DNA of 64,000 nucleotides from Sphingobacterium thalpophilum (GTDB lineage Bacteria; Bacteroidota; Bacteroidia; Sphingobacteriales; Sphingobacteriaceae), in the NCBI GenBank assembly GCA_945875895.1, contig CAMCMG010000003.1, forward strand, positions 61 to 64,060, written 5' to 3'. Under the pieces are notes generated by a model. That model did not search any database. It was not told the DNA's origin and saw only the letters and a list, made by a program, of their open reading frames with translations. The translations under genes and the position numbers were made by a program. Below, piece after piece: positions 55,141 to 64,000 of the stretch; positions within the stretch are counted from its first letter, which is position 1, and each line of letters begins with the position of its first letter.

Positions 55141-55180
55141 GTGGAAAACTTTTTTGTGGGAGATTGTGGTAAAAAGTGGA
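55141..55180 (+). promoter_or_regulatory. Array of phased GTGG boxes; candidate MraZ operator
   Basis: GTGGA (55141), GTGGG (55156), GTGGT (55166) and GTGGA (55176) are direct repeats. The last three are spaced exactly 10 bp apart. The array lies just upstream of a near-consensus -7 box (TATTTTTA, 55190-55197) and of mraZ. Confidence 0.55.
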
Positions 55181-55224
55181 GAAATTACATATTTTTACTC
55201 TTGCTAAAAACCACAAAAACCTAC

Positions 55225-55692
55225 ATGGCTCATTTTTTAGGAGAATTCGATTGTAAACTGGACGCCAAAGGCAGGCTCATGATTCCGGCTGGCTTGAAAA
55301 AGCAGTTGCCCGAAGCTGAGCGTGAAGGTTTGGTGATTAACCGTGGTTTTGAAAAGCACTTGGTAATGTATACTCGAAAAGAGTGGGAGGTGATTGTAGA
55401 TGAGTTAGCCAAGTTAAATCCGTACGAAAAGAAAACTCGTGAATTCATTCGCTACTTTACCCGGGGTGCTTCAGAGCTTGGCTTAGATGCCGCCAATAGA
55501 GTGTTATTGCCAAAATCGTTATTAGAATACGGAGGTATTACCGGAGAGGTAGTGCTTTCTTGTCAGTTTAATAAAATTGAAATCTGGGCAAAAGATGCCT
55601 ACGATTCTCAGTTAGATAACGAACCGGAAAACTTTGCTAACCTAGCCGAAGAAGTGATGGGCAATGCCGGAAGGAGGGCTGCAAATGACTGA
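55225..55692 (+). CDS. mraZ: Transcriptional regulator MraZ
   Basis: The ATG at 55225 gives MAHFLGEFDCKLDAKGRLMIP. A second half-site module (LDAANRVLLPKSL) is present. The ORF-track start at 55141 would include the operator repeats. Confidence 0.88.
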   Translation: MAHFLGEFDCKLDAKGRLMIPAGLKKQLPEAEREGLVINRGFEKHLVMYTRKEWEVIVDELAKLNPYEKKTREFIRYFTRGASELGLDAANRVLLPKSLLEYGGITGEVVLSCQFNKIEIWAKDAYDSQLDNEPENFANLAEEVMGNAGRRAAND

Positions 55693-56587
55693 TTACCATG
55701 TTCCGGTAATGTTACAAGAATGCCTTGAAGGTTTGGCTATTCAACCTGATGGAATTTATGTGGATGTTACGTTTGGTGGTGGTGGTCATTCAAAAGCAAT
55801 TCTAAAACAATTAGGTCCGAAAGGAAAACTACTAGCATTCGACCAAGACGAAGCAGCTCAACAAAATATTCCCTCCGACGAACGCTTTGAGTTTGTCGAT
55901 CAAAATTTTCGCTATTTCAAAAACAACTGTCGTCTTCATGGAGCACTCCCTGCCGATGGTATTCTAGCCGATTTAGGTGTTTCTTCCCATCAATTTGATG
56001 AAGCAGATAGAGGATTCTCCATTCGCTTCGATGCGGATTTGGATATGCGTATGGATCGTTCGACTTCCCTAACGGCTAAAGAGGTATTAAATACCTATTC
56101 AGAAGAAGATTTACACCGCATTTTTGGCATGTACGGCGAATTGCACAATGCTAAAACGCTAGCTAAAACTATTGTTACCGCACGTTTAAATTCACCTATT
56201 AAAACCGTAAGTGAGTTAAAAGAGGCTATTTTCAAGCTCATTCCACGAGGTAAAGAAAATAAATATTTGGCTCAAGTGTTTCAGGCCTTGCGCATTGAGG
56301 TGAATCAAGAGTTAGAAGCTTTGCAAGAATTCTTAGAGCAATCTGTAGAAGTCTTACGATCTGGCGGTCGCTTAGTGGTCATGTCTTACCATTCCTTAGA
56401 AGATCGCTTGGTAAAGAACTTTATGGCCAAAGGAAAATTTAGAGGTGAAGTAGAAAAAGATTTTTTTGGCAATGAGCTAAAGCCTTTTGATGTGCTTACC
56501 CGTAAAGCGGTGGTAGCAAGTGCTGCTGAAATTGACCAAAATAGCAGAGCCAGAAGTGCAAAACTGCGTATCGCTGTAAAAAGATAA
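55685..56587 (+). CDS. rsmH: 16S rRNA (cytosine1402-N4)-methyltransferase
   Basis: MTDYHVPVML, DVTFGGGGHS, DLGVSSHQ and SYHSLEDR are present. The ATG overlaps the mraZ stop (ATGACTGA). Confidence 0.92.
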   Translation: MTDYHVPVMLQECLEGLAIQPDGIYVDVTFGGGGHSKAILKQLGPKGKLLAFDQDEAAQQNIPSDERFEFVDQNFRYFKNNCRLHGALPADGILADLGVSSHQFDEADRGFSIRFDADLDMRMDRSTSLTAKEVLNTYSEEDLHRIFGMYGELHNAKTLAKTIVTARLNSPIKTVSELKEAIFKLIPRGKENKYLAQVFQALRIEVNQELEALQEFLEQSVEVLRSGGRLVVMSYHSLEDRLVKNFMAKGKFRGEVEKDFFGNELKPFDVLTRKAVVASAAEIDQNSRARSAKLRIAVKR

Positions 56588-56590
56588 GCT

Positions 56591-57004
56591 ATGGGAAATC
56601 GCTTTAAAAACGAACCGCTAGAAGAGCAAGAGTTATTTAAAACTCCCGAGGAAATATTACCTACTGAGCCAAAACCACAAGCCCCAAAGGGTTTTTTGGT
56701 CACCTTGTTTACAGAGGGGGTGGTTTCTAAAGAAGCTGTAACAGGCATGTTGCCTTTTATTGTATTTATAGCTTTTTTGGGTATGGCCTATATAGGCAAC
56801 CGTCATTATGCAGAAAATAATATCCGCCATATTGGTGAACTAGGTAAAGAAGTGAAGTTATTAAGTGCCGAGTACAAGGTGCTAAAAGCAGAATTGATGC
56901 TTAAAAGTACCAAATCGGAGATAGCAAAATTAGTAGACACACTGGGCATTGTAGAGCCGGTAGAACCACCCAAAAAGATTGTAGTTAAAGCCGCAAATGA
57001 GTAG
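56591..57004 (+). CDS. FtsL-like cell-division protein (Bacteroidota type)
   Basis: The call rests on position between rsmH and ftsI, a single TM segment (MLPFIVFIAFLGMAYIG) and a following coiled-coil-like region. It is by position and architecture only. Confidence 0.6.
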   Translation: MGNRFKNEPLEEQELFKTPEEILPTEPKPQAPKGFLVTLFTEGVVSKEAVTGMLPFIVFIAFLGMAYIGNRHYAENNIRHIGELGKEVKLLSAEYKVLKAELMLKSTKSEIAKLVDTLGIVEPVEPPKKIVVKAANE

Positions 57005-59075
57005 CATTAGAACCGACATATTAGTAAGAGTGTATTTTGCATTTGGCCTTATTGTGCTTTTTGCGGCTGCAGTGCTATTTAAGCTTTTTCAAGTGCAGGT
57101 AATACAAGGTGCACATTGGCGTAAAGAAGCAAAAAGTTCGGCTACTCAATTTAAAACAGTAGAAGCCGTACGTGGCAATATTTATGGTGTAGACGGTAGT
57201 TTATTAGCCACCTCAGTTCCAGAGTACGAGATCCGGATGGATATGTGGTCTGACGGTATACAGGAAAACGATGTATTTGAAGAAAAGGTTGATTCACTAG
57301 CTAGTAGTCTAGCGATCTTTTTTAAAGATAGAACCGCTGCAGAATACGAACGCTATTTAAAAGATGCCCGTAAAGCTCGTCCCAAAAAACGTTATGTTTT
57401 AATCCAAAAAAACGTTTCGCATGCCGATATGTTGAAAATTAGAAAGTTCCCCATGTTTAACATGAAGAACAATGGTGCAGGATTTAGGGCCGAGCAAAGA
57501 AACAAAAGAATTTTACCTTTTAAAGATTTAGCGCAAAGAACCATTGGTTATAAAAATGATAACGTGCAGCCAGTTGGCCTTGAAGGAGCTTACGGTAAGT
57601 ACATCAATGGCGAATCGGGTAGACGTTTAATGTATAAAATTGCCGGTGGCTTTTGGGTGCCGGTAAATAATTCTAACGAAATTGAAACAAAAGATGGTGC
57701 TGATATTATTTCAACCATTGATATAGGTATACAAGATGTGGCACAAAGAGCCTTGCTTACACAATTAAAAAAGAGCGATGCCGACCACGGTTGTGTGATT
57801 TTGATGGAAGTAAATACCGGCGAAATTAGAGCTATTGCCAATTACACCAAAGCTAAAGACGGCACCTACAAAGAACTATTTAACTATGCTATTCGCGAAA
57901 GTCTAGACCCCGGTTCTACCTTCAAATTGGCATCCTATATGGCCTTATTAGAAGATAAAAAGGTAGATACCAATACCGTGGTAAATACGCCAAATGGCGG
58001 TTTCACGGTATTTAATCATACCATTAAAGAGTCTCACGGGTCGCTTGGTAGTATTACTGTTAAGAAAGCCTTTGAAGTGTCATCCAACGTGGCGGTTTCT
58101 ATGTTGGTGTATAATAATTACGCTAAAAATCCTAGTCAGTTTACCGATTACCTATATAAGTTTGGTTTAAACAAACCACTTGGTTTACAAATTCCGGGTG
58201 AAGGCATGCCTGTTATTAAAAATCCAAATAATCGTTCGTGGAGTGGAATGAGTGTAGCTCAAATGGCCTATGGCTATGAGATGAACCTTACTCCCTTGCA
58301 GATGCTGACTTTCTACAATTCGGTAGCCAACAACGGTAAATCTATTGCTCCACTTTTTGTGCGTGAGATTAGACGCTTGGGTGCTCCGATAGAAACATTT
58401 ACTGCCCGTGTAATTAATGAGCAGATATGTAGCAAAGAAACAATAGGTAAGCTTAAAAAAATGTTGGAGGGTGTGGTAGAAGTTGGAACTGGTAGGGATG
58501 TGATTAAAAATCCATACTATAAAGTTGCAGGTAAAACTGGAACTGCACAAGTAGCCGATGGTGCTCAAGGATATAAAGGTAAAAGGGCTTATCAGGCTTC
58601 TTTTTGCGGTTATTTTCCTGCAAACAAACCAAAATATTCGATGATTGTGGTAATAAATAACCCCAAGGGTGCTTATTACGCAGCCGTGGTAGCTGGTCCG
58701 GTATTTAGAGAAGTAGCCGATATGGTTTATGCGAACGATTTTCAAATGTTTAAACCCGTAGCGCAACAAAAATTTGCTGGCTCGGTAGCCCCATCGGTGA
58801 AAGCTGGTGATAGCGAAGCCACCCGTTATTTGACTCAAAAATTTGGAGCAGTTTCTAGTCCTCAAACCAAAACTACAGCCGCTGATAGCGGAACTACCTA
58901 CCGTGAAGGAGTGGTGCCCAATGTACAAGGTATGGGTTTAAAAGATGCTATGTTTTTAGTAGGGAATGCCGGTTTAAGAGTGGTGCCGAAAGGAACCGGA
59001 AAAGTTATCCGACAGTCAACAGCGCCGGGTATAAAATTAGCCAAAGGCTCGGCCATTGTATTAGAATTAAACTAA
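56997..59075 (+). CDS. ftsI: Penicillin-binding protein 3-type transpeptidase with a C-terminal PASTA domain
   Basis: SxxK (GSTFKL), SxN (SSN) and KTGT motifs are present. The C-terminal ~65 aa (VPNVQGMGLKDAMFLVGNAGLRVVPKGTGKVIRQS) are PASTA-like. Confidence 0.88.
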   Translation: MSSIRTDILVRVYFAFGLIVLFAAAVLFKLFQVQVIQGAHWRKEAKSSATQFKTVEAVRGNIYGVDGSLLATSVPEYEIRMDMWSDGIQENDVFEEKVDSLASSLAIFFKDRTAAEYERYLKDARKARPKKRYVLIQKNVSHADMLKIRKFPMFNMKNNGAGFRAEQRNKRILPFKDLAQRTIGYKNDNVQPVGLEGAYGKYINGESGRRLMYKIAGGFWVPVNNSNEIETKDGADIISTIDIGIQDVAQRALLTQLKKSDADHGCVILMEVNTGEIRAIANYTKAKDGTYKELFNYAIRESLDPGSTFKLASYMALLEDKKVDTNTVVNTPNGGFTVFNHTIKESHGSLGSITVKKAFEVSSNVAVSMLVYNNYAKNPSQFTDYLYKFGLNKPLGLQIPGEGMPVIKNPNNRSWSGMSVAQMAYGYEMNLTPLQMLTFYNSVANNGKSIAPLFVREIRRLGAPIETFTARVINEQICSKETIGKLKKMLEGVVEVGTGRDVIKNPYYKVAGKTGTAQVADGAQGYKGKRAYQASFCGYFPANKPKYSMIVVINNPKGAYYAAVVAGPVFREVADMVYANDFQMFKPVAQQKFAGSVAPSVKAGDSEATRYLTQKFGAVSSPQTKTTAADSGTTYREGVVPNVQGMGLKDAMFLVGNAGLRVVPKGTGKVIRQSTAPGIKLAKGSAIVLELN

Positions 59076-60536
59076 ATGAAAAAGTTAAGAGATCTTATTT
59101 ATGGCGTATCCTTACAACAGGTGGTTGGTTCAACCAATGTTGGAATTACGGCTATTGCTTTTGACTCTCGTTTGGTAACACCAGGCACCTTGTTTATTGC
59201 CGTAAAAGGTACACAAACCGACGGGCACGATTACATAGATAAAGCTATTGCCTTGGGCGCAACAGCTATTCTTTGCGAAAACTTTCCAACTGCATTAGCA
59301 GCGGGTGTACATTATGTAAAAGTAGATCAATCGGCCAAAGCTTTAGGTACGGTTGCGGCCAATTTTTACGATAATCCATCTAGCAAATTAAAATTAGTAG
59401 GTATTACCGGAACCAATGGCAAAACCACCACGGCCACTTTATTATTTCAATTATTTAGAGAGTTAGGATATAAGGTAGGCTTACTTTCTACGGTACAAAA
59501 TCAAATTAATCAGGAAATAATATCCGCTACCCATACTACTCCTGACCCCATAGCTTTAAATCAATTATTGCAAAAAATGGTGATCGCCGGCTGCGATTAT
59601 TGCTTTATGGAAGTGAGTTCACATGCTGTAGCGCAATACCGTATTGAAGGTTTAGACTTTTCCGGAGGAGTATTTAGCAATTTAACGCACGATCATTTAG
59701 ATTTTCACCAAACCTTTGACAGCTATTTAAAAGCAAAAAAAATCTTTTTTGATGGCCTGCCTAAAACAGCTTTTGCCTTAACCAATTTAGATGATAAAAA
59801 TGGCTTGGTTATGTTACAAAATACCAAGGCACATTGCAAAACCTATAGTTTAAAACACTTAGCAGACTATCGTGCTAAAATTATGGAGAACCAGTTCAAC
59901 GGCTTGTTACTCCATATAGATGAGGAAGAAGTATGGTTTAAACTAGTAGGAAGCTTTAATGCCTATAACCTATTAGCCGTATATGCCACAGCGATGTTGC
60001 TCGATCAGGATAAATTAAAAGTACTAACCACGTTAAGCCGCTTACAAGGCGCCGAAGGCAGATTCGACTATGTAATTGCTCCCAATGGAGTGGTTGGAAT
60101 TGTAGATTATGCCCACACTCCAGATGCGGTAATCAATGTGTTAACTACCATTCGTGATATACGAAAGGGCACCGAACAGGTAATTACCATAATTGGTTGT
60201 GGTGGCGATAGAGATAAAACAAAACGCCCCATAATGGCTCAGGTAGCCTGCGATGGAAGTGATAAAGTAATACTTACTTCTGACAACCCTCGTTCCGAAA
60301 ACCCCGAAGAAATTATTCGCGAAATGGAAGTAGGTGTATCGCCAAGTAACAAACGTAAAACGCTATCTATTACCGATCGTAGAGAAGCCATTAAAACGGC
60401 TTGCCATTTGGCACAACCCGGCGATATTATTTTGTTGGCCGGTAAAGGGCACGAAAAATATCAAGATATACAAGGGGTAAAACATCCTTTTGATGATAAA
60501 GAAATTTTAACCGATAATCTTAAGCTCCAAGACTAA
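59076..60536 (+). CDS. murE: UDP-N-acetylmuramoyl-L-alanyl-D-glutamate--2,6-diaminopimelate ligase
   Basis: [10 protein letters not shown] is present. DNPR (TSDNPRSE), which is associated with meso-DAP specificity, and GKGHE are also present. Confidence 0.9.
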   Translation: MKKLRDLIYGVSLQQVVGSTNVGITAIAFDSRLVTPGTLFIAVKGTQTDGHDYIDKAIALGATAILCENFPTALAAGVHYVKVDQSAKALGTVAANFYDNPSSKLKLVGITGTNGKTTTATLLFQLFRELGYKVGLLSTVQNQINQEIISATHTTPDPIALNQLLQKMVIAGCDYCFMEVSSHAVAQYRIEGLDFSGGVFSNLTHDHLDFHQTFDSYLKAKKIFFDGLPKTAFALTNLDDKNGLVMLQNTKAHCKTYSLKHLADYRAKIMENQFNGLLLHIDEEEVWFKLVGSFNAYNLLAVYATAMLLDQDKLKVLTTLSRLQGAEGRFDYVIAPNGVVGIVDYAHTPDAVINVLTTIRDIRKGTEQVITIIGCGGDRDKTKRPIMAQVACDGSDKVILTSDNPRSENPEEIIREMEVGVSPSNKRKTLSITDRREAIKTACHLAQPGDIILLAGKGHEKYQDIQGVKHPFDDKEILTDNLKLQD

Positions 60537-61777
60537 TGCTGTACTATTTATTCACTTGGTTAGATAAACTATACAATATTCCAGGAGCAGGCTTGTTCCA
60601 GTTTATTTCCTTCCGTACCGGTATGGCGGTTATTTTCTCTTTATTAATTACCACTGTATACGGCCGCAGATTAATTGATATGTTACGCAACAAGCAAGTA
60701 GGCGAAACTGTTCGAAATTTAGGTTTAGAGGGGCAAATTGAAAAGCAAGGCACTCCAACCATGGGCGGTATAATTATTCTATTAGGCATTTTAGTGCCTA
60801 CCCTCTTATTTGCCAAAATTGATAATATATACATCTTATTAATGCTGATTACTACCGTTTGGATGGGCGCTATTGGTTTTGTAGACGATTATATTAAAGT
60901 ATTTAAGAAAGATAAAGAAGGCCTAGCAGGTAGATTTAAAATTATGGGTCAAGTTGGTTTAGCGCTCATTATTGGCTGGACTATGTATTTCCACCCTGAT
61001 ATTGTAGTTCGGGAACAAGTAACCAAACCGCAGGTACAAACCGCAGGTATTTCTAACCATCAAGTAGATGGGAAAACGGTGTATACCCGCGATGTAAAAT
61101 CGACTTTAACCAATGTGCCTTTTTATAAAAATAACGAGTTCGACTATGCCAAGGTGCTCAAATTTATGGGCGATGGCTATCAGCGCTATGCGCTAATTGT
61201 ATTTTTATTGGTAGTAATTGTAATTGTAACAGCAGTATCTAACGGAGCCAATATAACAGATGGTATAGATGGATTAGCTACAGGAACCTCAGCCATTGTT
61301 GGTATAACTTTAGCCGTTTTGGCCTATGTATCGGGTAATACTATTATAGCCAATTACCTAAACATTATGTACATACCCAACTCGGCCGAGTTGGTAGTAT
61401 TTGCCGGAGCCTTTGTGGGTGCTTGCGTAGGATTTTTATGGTACAACTCGTACCCGGCTCAAGTATTTATGGGCGATACCGGCAGTTTGGCCATAGGCGG
61501 AATTATAGCAGCCTTTGCCATTATGATTCGTAAAGAATTATTAATACCAATGCTTTGTGGGGTGTTTTTGGTTGAAAATCTATCTGTAATTATTCAAGTA
61601 AGTTGGTTTAAATACACCAAGCGTAAATATGGCATAGGTCGTAGAGTATTCTTGATGTCGCCTTTACACCACCATTACCAGAAAAAAGGCTACCACGAAG
61701 CTAAAATCGTAACCCGATTCTGGATTATGGGTATTCTGTTAGCCATTTTAACCATCGTAACCCTAAAACTACGCTAA
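60536..61777 (+). CDS. mraY: Phospho-N-acetylmuramoyl-pentapeptide transferase
   Basis: [30 protein letters not shown] and SPLHHH are present. Confidence 0.93.
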   Translation: MLYYLFTWLDKLYNIPGAGLFQFISFRTGMAVIFSLLITTVYGRRLIDMLRNKQVGETVRNLGLEGQIEKQGTPTMGGIIILLGILVPTLLFAKIDNIYILLMLITTVWMGAIGFVDDYIKVFKKDKEGLAGRFKIMGQVGLALIIGWTMYFHPDIVVREQVTKPQVQTAGISNHQVDGKTVYTRDVKSTLTNVPFYKNNEFDYAKVLKFMGDGYQRYALIVFLLVVIVIVTAVSNGANITDGIDGLATGTSAIVGITLAVLAYVSGNTIIANYLNIMYIPNSAELVVFAGAFVGACVGFLWYNSYPAQVFMGDTGSLAIGGIIAAFAIMIRKELLIPMLCGVFLVENLSVIIQVSWFKYTKRKYGIGRRVFLMSPLHHHYQKKGYHEAKIVTRFWIMGILLAILTIVTLKLR

Positions 61778-63129
61778 TGAGCCAAAAGCCTTATATCGCA
61801 ATTTTGGGAGCTGGCGAAAGCGGTGTGGGAGCGGCATGTCTGGCTAAAAAGCAAGGCTACGAGGTATTTGTGTCAGATTTTGGCACCATTACACCAGCCT
61901 ACAAGCACGAACTAACAGCTTTGGCTATTGCTTTTGAGGAGAACCAGCATAGCGAAGAAAAAATACTAACGGCTAGCGAAGTCATTAAAAGTCCAGGTAT
62001 ATCCGATAAGGCACCTATAGTTATAAAATTAGCCGAAATGCAAATTCCTATTCTTTCTGAAATAGAGTTTGCTGCCCGGTATACCACAGCAAAATTAATT
62101 GCCATTACAGGTTCTAATGGTAAATCAACTACTACCATGCTTACCTACCATATTCTAAAAAATGCTGGTGTAAATGTTGGCCTGGGCGGCAATATTGGGC
62201 AAAGTTTTGCCCGCCAAGTGGCCAACCAAGAGGTTGACTACTATGTGCTAGAGATAAGCAGTTTTATGCTTGATAATATGTACGATTTTAAGGCTGATAT
62301 CGCCGTATTGCTAAACATTACCCCCGATCATTTAGATCGATACGAATACAAGATGGAGAATTACGTGAATTCGAAATTCCGAATCATCCAAAACCAAACC
62401 GAGGCTGATGTATTTGTGTACTGTGCCGACGATCCTGAAACATTGAGAGGCTTAGACCGCATGCAACCTCGAGCAAAAACCTATCCTTTTTCTATAGAAA
62501 AGGTTCAAGAACCAGGTGCTTACCTCCAAGAGGATCGCATCAAAATAAATTTACAACAAGCTAAAAAAACACCCTTTGATATGTTAATGACCGACCTAGC
62601 CCTTCAAGGCAAACATAATTTGTACAATTCAATGGCTTCGGGCATAGTGGCCAAAGTGTTGGATTTGCGCAACGAAACTATCCGTGAAAGCATGGGTAAT
62701 TTTACCAATATGGAGCATCGGTTAGAGCATGTAGCTCGTATCTCGGGTATCAATTTTATAAATGATTCTAAAGCAACCAATGTGAACTCTACGTGGTATG
62801 CCTTAGAGAGTATGCCTACCGATGTGGTGCTTATTTTGGGTGGCGTTGATAAGGGCAATGATTACCATATGTTGAAAGATTTGGTAAAAGCCAAAGTAAA
62901 AGCTATTGTGTGCTTAGGAAAAGATAACAGCCGTATTCACGATGCCTTTGAAGATCACGTAGAGGTAATTGTAAATACATTTTCGGCAAATGAGGCTGCT
63001 CAAGTGGCCTACCATTTAGCCAAAAAGGGAGATACCGTTTTACTTTCTCCAGCATGTGCCAGCTTCGATTTGTTTAAAAATTATGAAGATAGAGGCAATC
63101 AGTTTAAGAAAGCGGTTAAAGATTTATAG
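61777..63129 (+). CDS. murD: UDP-N-acetylmuramoylalanine--D-glutamate ligase
   Basis: The N-terminal Rossmann motif ILGAGESGVGAA and the P-loop ITGSNGKSTT are present, and the gene sits between mraY and ftsW. Confidence 0.9.
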   Translation: MSQKPYIAILGAGESGVGAACLAKKQGYEVFVSDFGTITPAYKHELTALAIAFEENQHSEEKILTASEVIKSPGISDKAPIVIKLAEMQIPILSEIEFAARYTTAKLIAITGSNGKSTTTMLTYHILKNAGVNVGLGGNIGQSFARQVANQEVDYYVLEISSFMLDNMYDFKADIAVLLNITPDHLDRYEYKMENYVNSKFRIIQNQTEADVFVYCADDPETLRGLDRMQPRAKTYPFSIEKVQEPGAYLQEDRIKINLQQAKKTPFDMLMTDLALQGKHNLYNSMASGIVAKVLDLRNETIRESMGNFTNMEHRLEHVARISGINFINDSKATNVNSTWYALESMPTDVVLILGGVDKGNDYHMLKDLVKAKVKAIVCLGKDNSRIHDAFEDHVEVIVNTFSANEAAQVAYHLAKKGDTVLLSPACASFDLFKNYEDRGNQFKKAVKDL

Positions 63130-63147
63130 TCAGTAATAGTTGAGAAT

Positions 63148-64000
63148 ATGATGGAGCAGATATTCAGCAAAGTAAAAGGCGACAGATGGATTTGGATTAT
63201 TGTATTAATCCTTTCTATGTGGTCGGTATTGGCTGTATATTCAGCAACCGGAACCATTGCTTACAAAAAAGGCGTAGGTACCGAGGCCTATCTTTTTAAA
63301 CACTTTGTATTTATTGTGGTGGGTATTGCCTTAATGTATTTCTCTCATTTATTAGACTATAAATATTATGCCGGAATATCTAAATTATTAATGGTAATAA
63401 CCATTCCACTGCTTTTGTATACCCTTCTTTTCGGAGCCAATGTAAACGATGCTAGCCGTTGGGTAACCATCCCCATAATTAACCAAACTTTTCAAACTTC
63501 CGATTTAGCAAAATTGGCACTTATTACCTTTTTAGCTCGTACACTAACCCGTAAGCAAGAAAATATAAAAGATGTAAAAAAAGCTTTTATCCCTATTATG
63601 GGTTCGGTTTGTATCGTGTTTGTCTTAATTGCTTTAGCCAATTTATCTACCGCATTAATGCTATTTGGTGTAAGTATTTTATTGCTAATTATCGGCCGAA
63701 TTAGTATTAAACAGATCTCCATTGTGTCTTTGGCAGGTATTGTTTTATTGGCCGCAGTCATGTTTTTAGGCCCTCGTAGAGAGACCTATTATTCACGTAT
63801 ACAAACCTATTTACATCCCGAAAAGGTAAAAAAAGACAAATCTTTTCAGGCAGATCAAGCAAAAATTGCTATAGCAACAGGAGGTTTATTTGGCAAAGGA
63901 CCAGGTAATAGCATTCAGCGTAATGTATTGCCACACCCCTATTCTGATTTTGTGTTTGCCTTAATTATTGAAGAATACGGTGCTGTTGGAGGAGTTTTAT
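63148..64000 (+). CDS. ftsW: FtsW/RodA (SEDS) family protein, N-terminal part; the 3' end is outside the window
   Basis: The open frame from the ATG at 63148 to the window end (MMEQIFSKVKGDRWIWIIVLILSMWSVLAVYSATG...) is multi-TM and contains QPSEF-like FQTSDLAK. It occupies the dcw position after murD. The ORF track does not list it because it has no stop in the window. Confidence 0.85.
   Translation, partial: MMEQIFSKVKGDRWIWIIVLILSMWSVLAVYSATGTIAYKKGVGTEAYLFKHFVFIVVGIALMYFSHLLDYKYYAGISKLLMVITIPLLLYTLLFGANVNDASRWVTIPIINQTFQTSDLAKLALITFLARTLTRKQENIKDVKKAFIPIMGSVCIVFVLIALANLSTALMLFGVSILLLIIGRISIKQISIVSLAGIVLLAAVMFLGPRRETYYSRIQTYLHPEKVKKDKSFQADQAKIAIATGGLFGKGPGNSIQRNVLPHPYSDFVFALIIEEYGAVGGVL

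Noticed and set aside
58185-58928. 247-aa ORF on the minus strand inside ftsI
   Set aside because: It lies entirely antisense to a region with clear PBP motifs (SxN, KTGT). It has odd composition (Phe/Ile/His/Cys-rich) and no recognisable motif, so it is a shadow ORF.

Overview
This 64-kb chromosomal segment reads as Bacteroidota, probably Sphingobacteriia- or Cytophagia-like. That placement is an inference from TAnnTTTG promoter boxes, a short ATP-synthase epsilon, a dcw cluster without murF, HemJ, and typical lipoprotein and outer-membrane-protein families. The window is almost fully coding and mostly housekeeping. In order it contains: acs (3' part), surE and lpxB; tRNA-Ala with a GIY-YIG gene; a SulP / beta-carbonic anhydrase pair; a Crp/Fnr-linked sulfur module (TauE, persulfide-dioxygenase-like MBL-rhodanese, split YeeE/YedE, DUF983); a four-gene two-component operon; an outer-membrane beta-barrel operon; parE-parC; msrA; mlaEF-like genes; a PspC / LiaF-like / RDD trio; ispG; a tightly packed heme operon hemA-hemCD-hemB-hemL-[HK-RR-TPR]-hemE-hemJ; a GH35 remnant; an orphan ABC ATPase; a PAP2-GtrA-ArnT-like module; atpDC; tRNA-Arg; adk-obg-gap-GNAT-pgk; and the dcw cluster mraZ to ftsW, which is cut by the window end. 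I saw no rRNA, CRISPR array, transposase, integrase, prophage or recognisable defence system. The most unusual locus is tRNA-Ala (3056-3650). There, an intact tRNA plus an 83-aa GIY-YIG nuclease gene sit between a degenerate tRNA 5' copy and a tRNA 3'-half copy. A 41-nt perfect direct repeat brackets the nuclease gene, and one 18-nt hairpin (TCCCGAT-N4-ATCGGGA) occurs three times. Secondary leads are a ParC C-terminal tail ending in the clamp-binding-like pentapeptide QLGLF, a two-component system embedded by translational coupling in the heme operon, a perfect palindrome placed like a class II Crp/Fnr site in front of the sulfur genes, and a phased GTGG array in front of mraZ. All functional calls come from reading motifs by eye; no database search was run.
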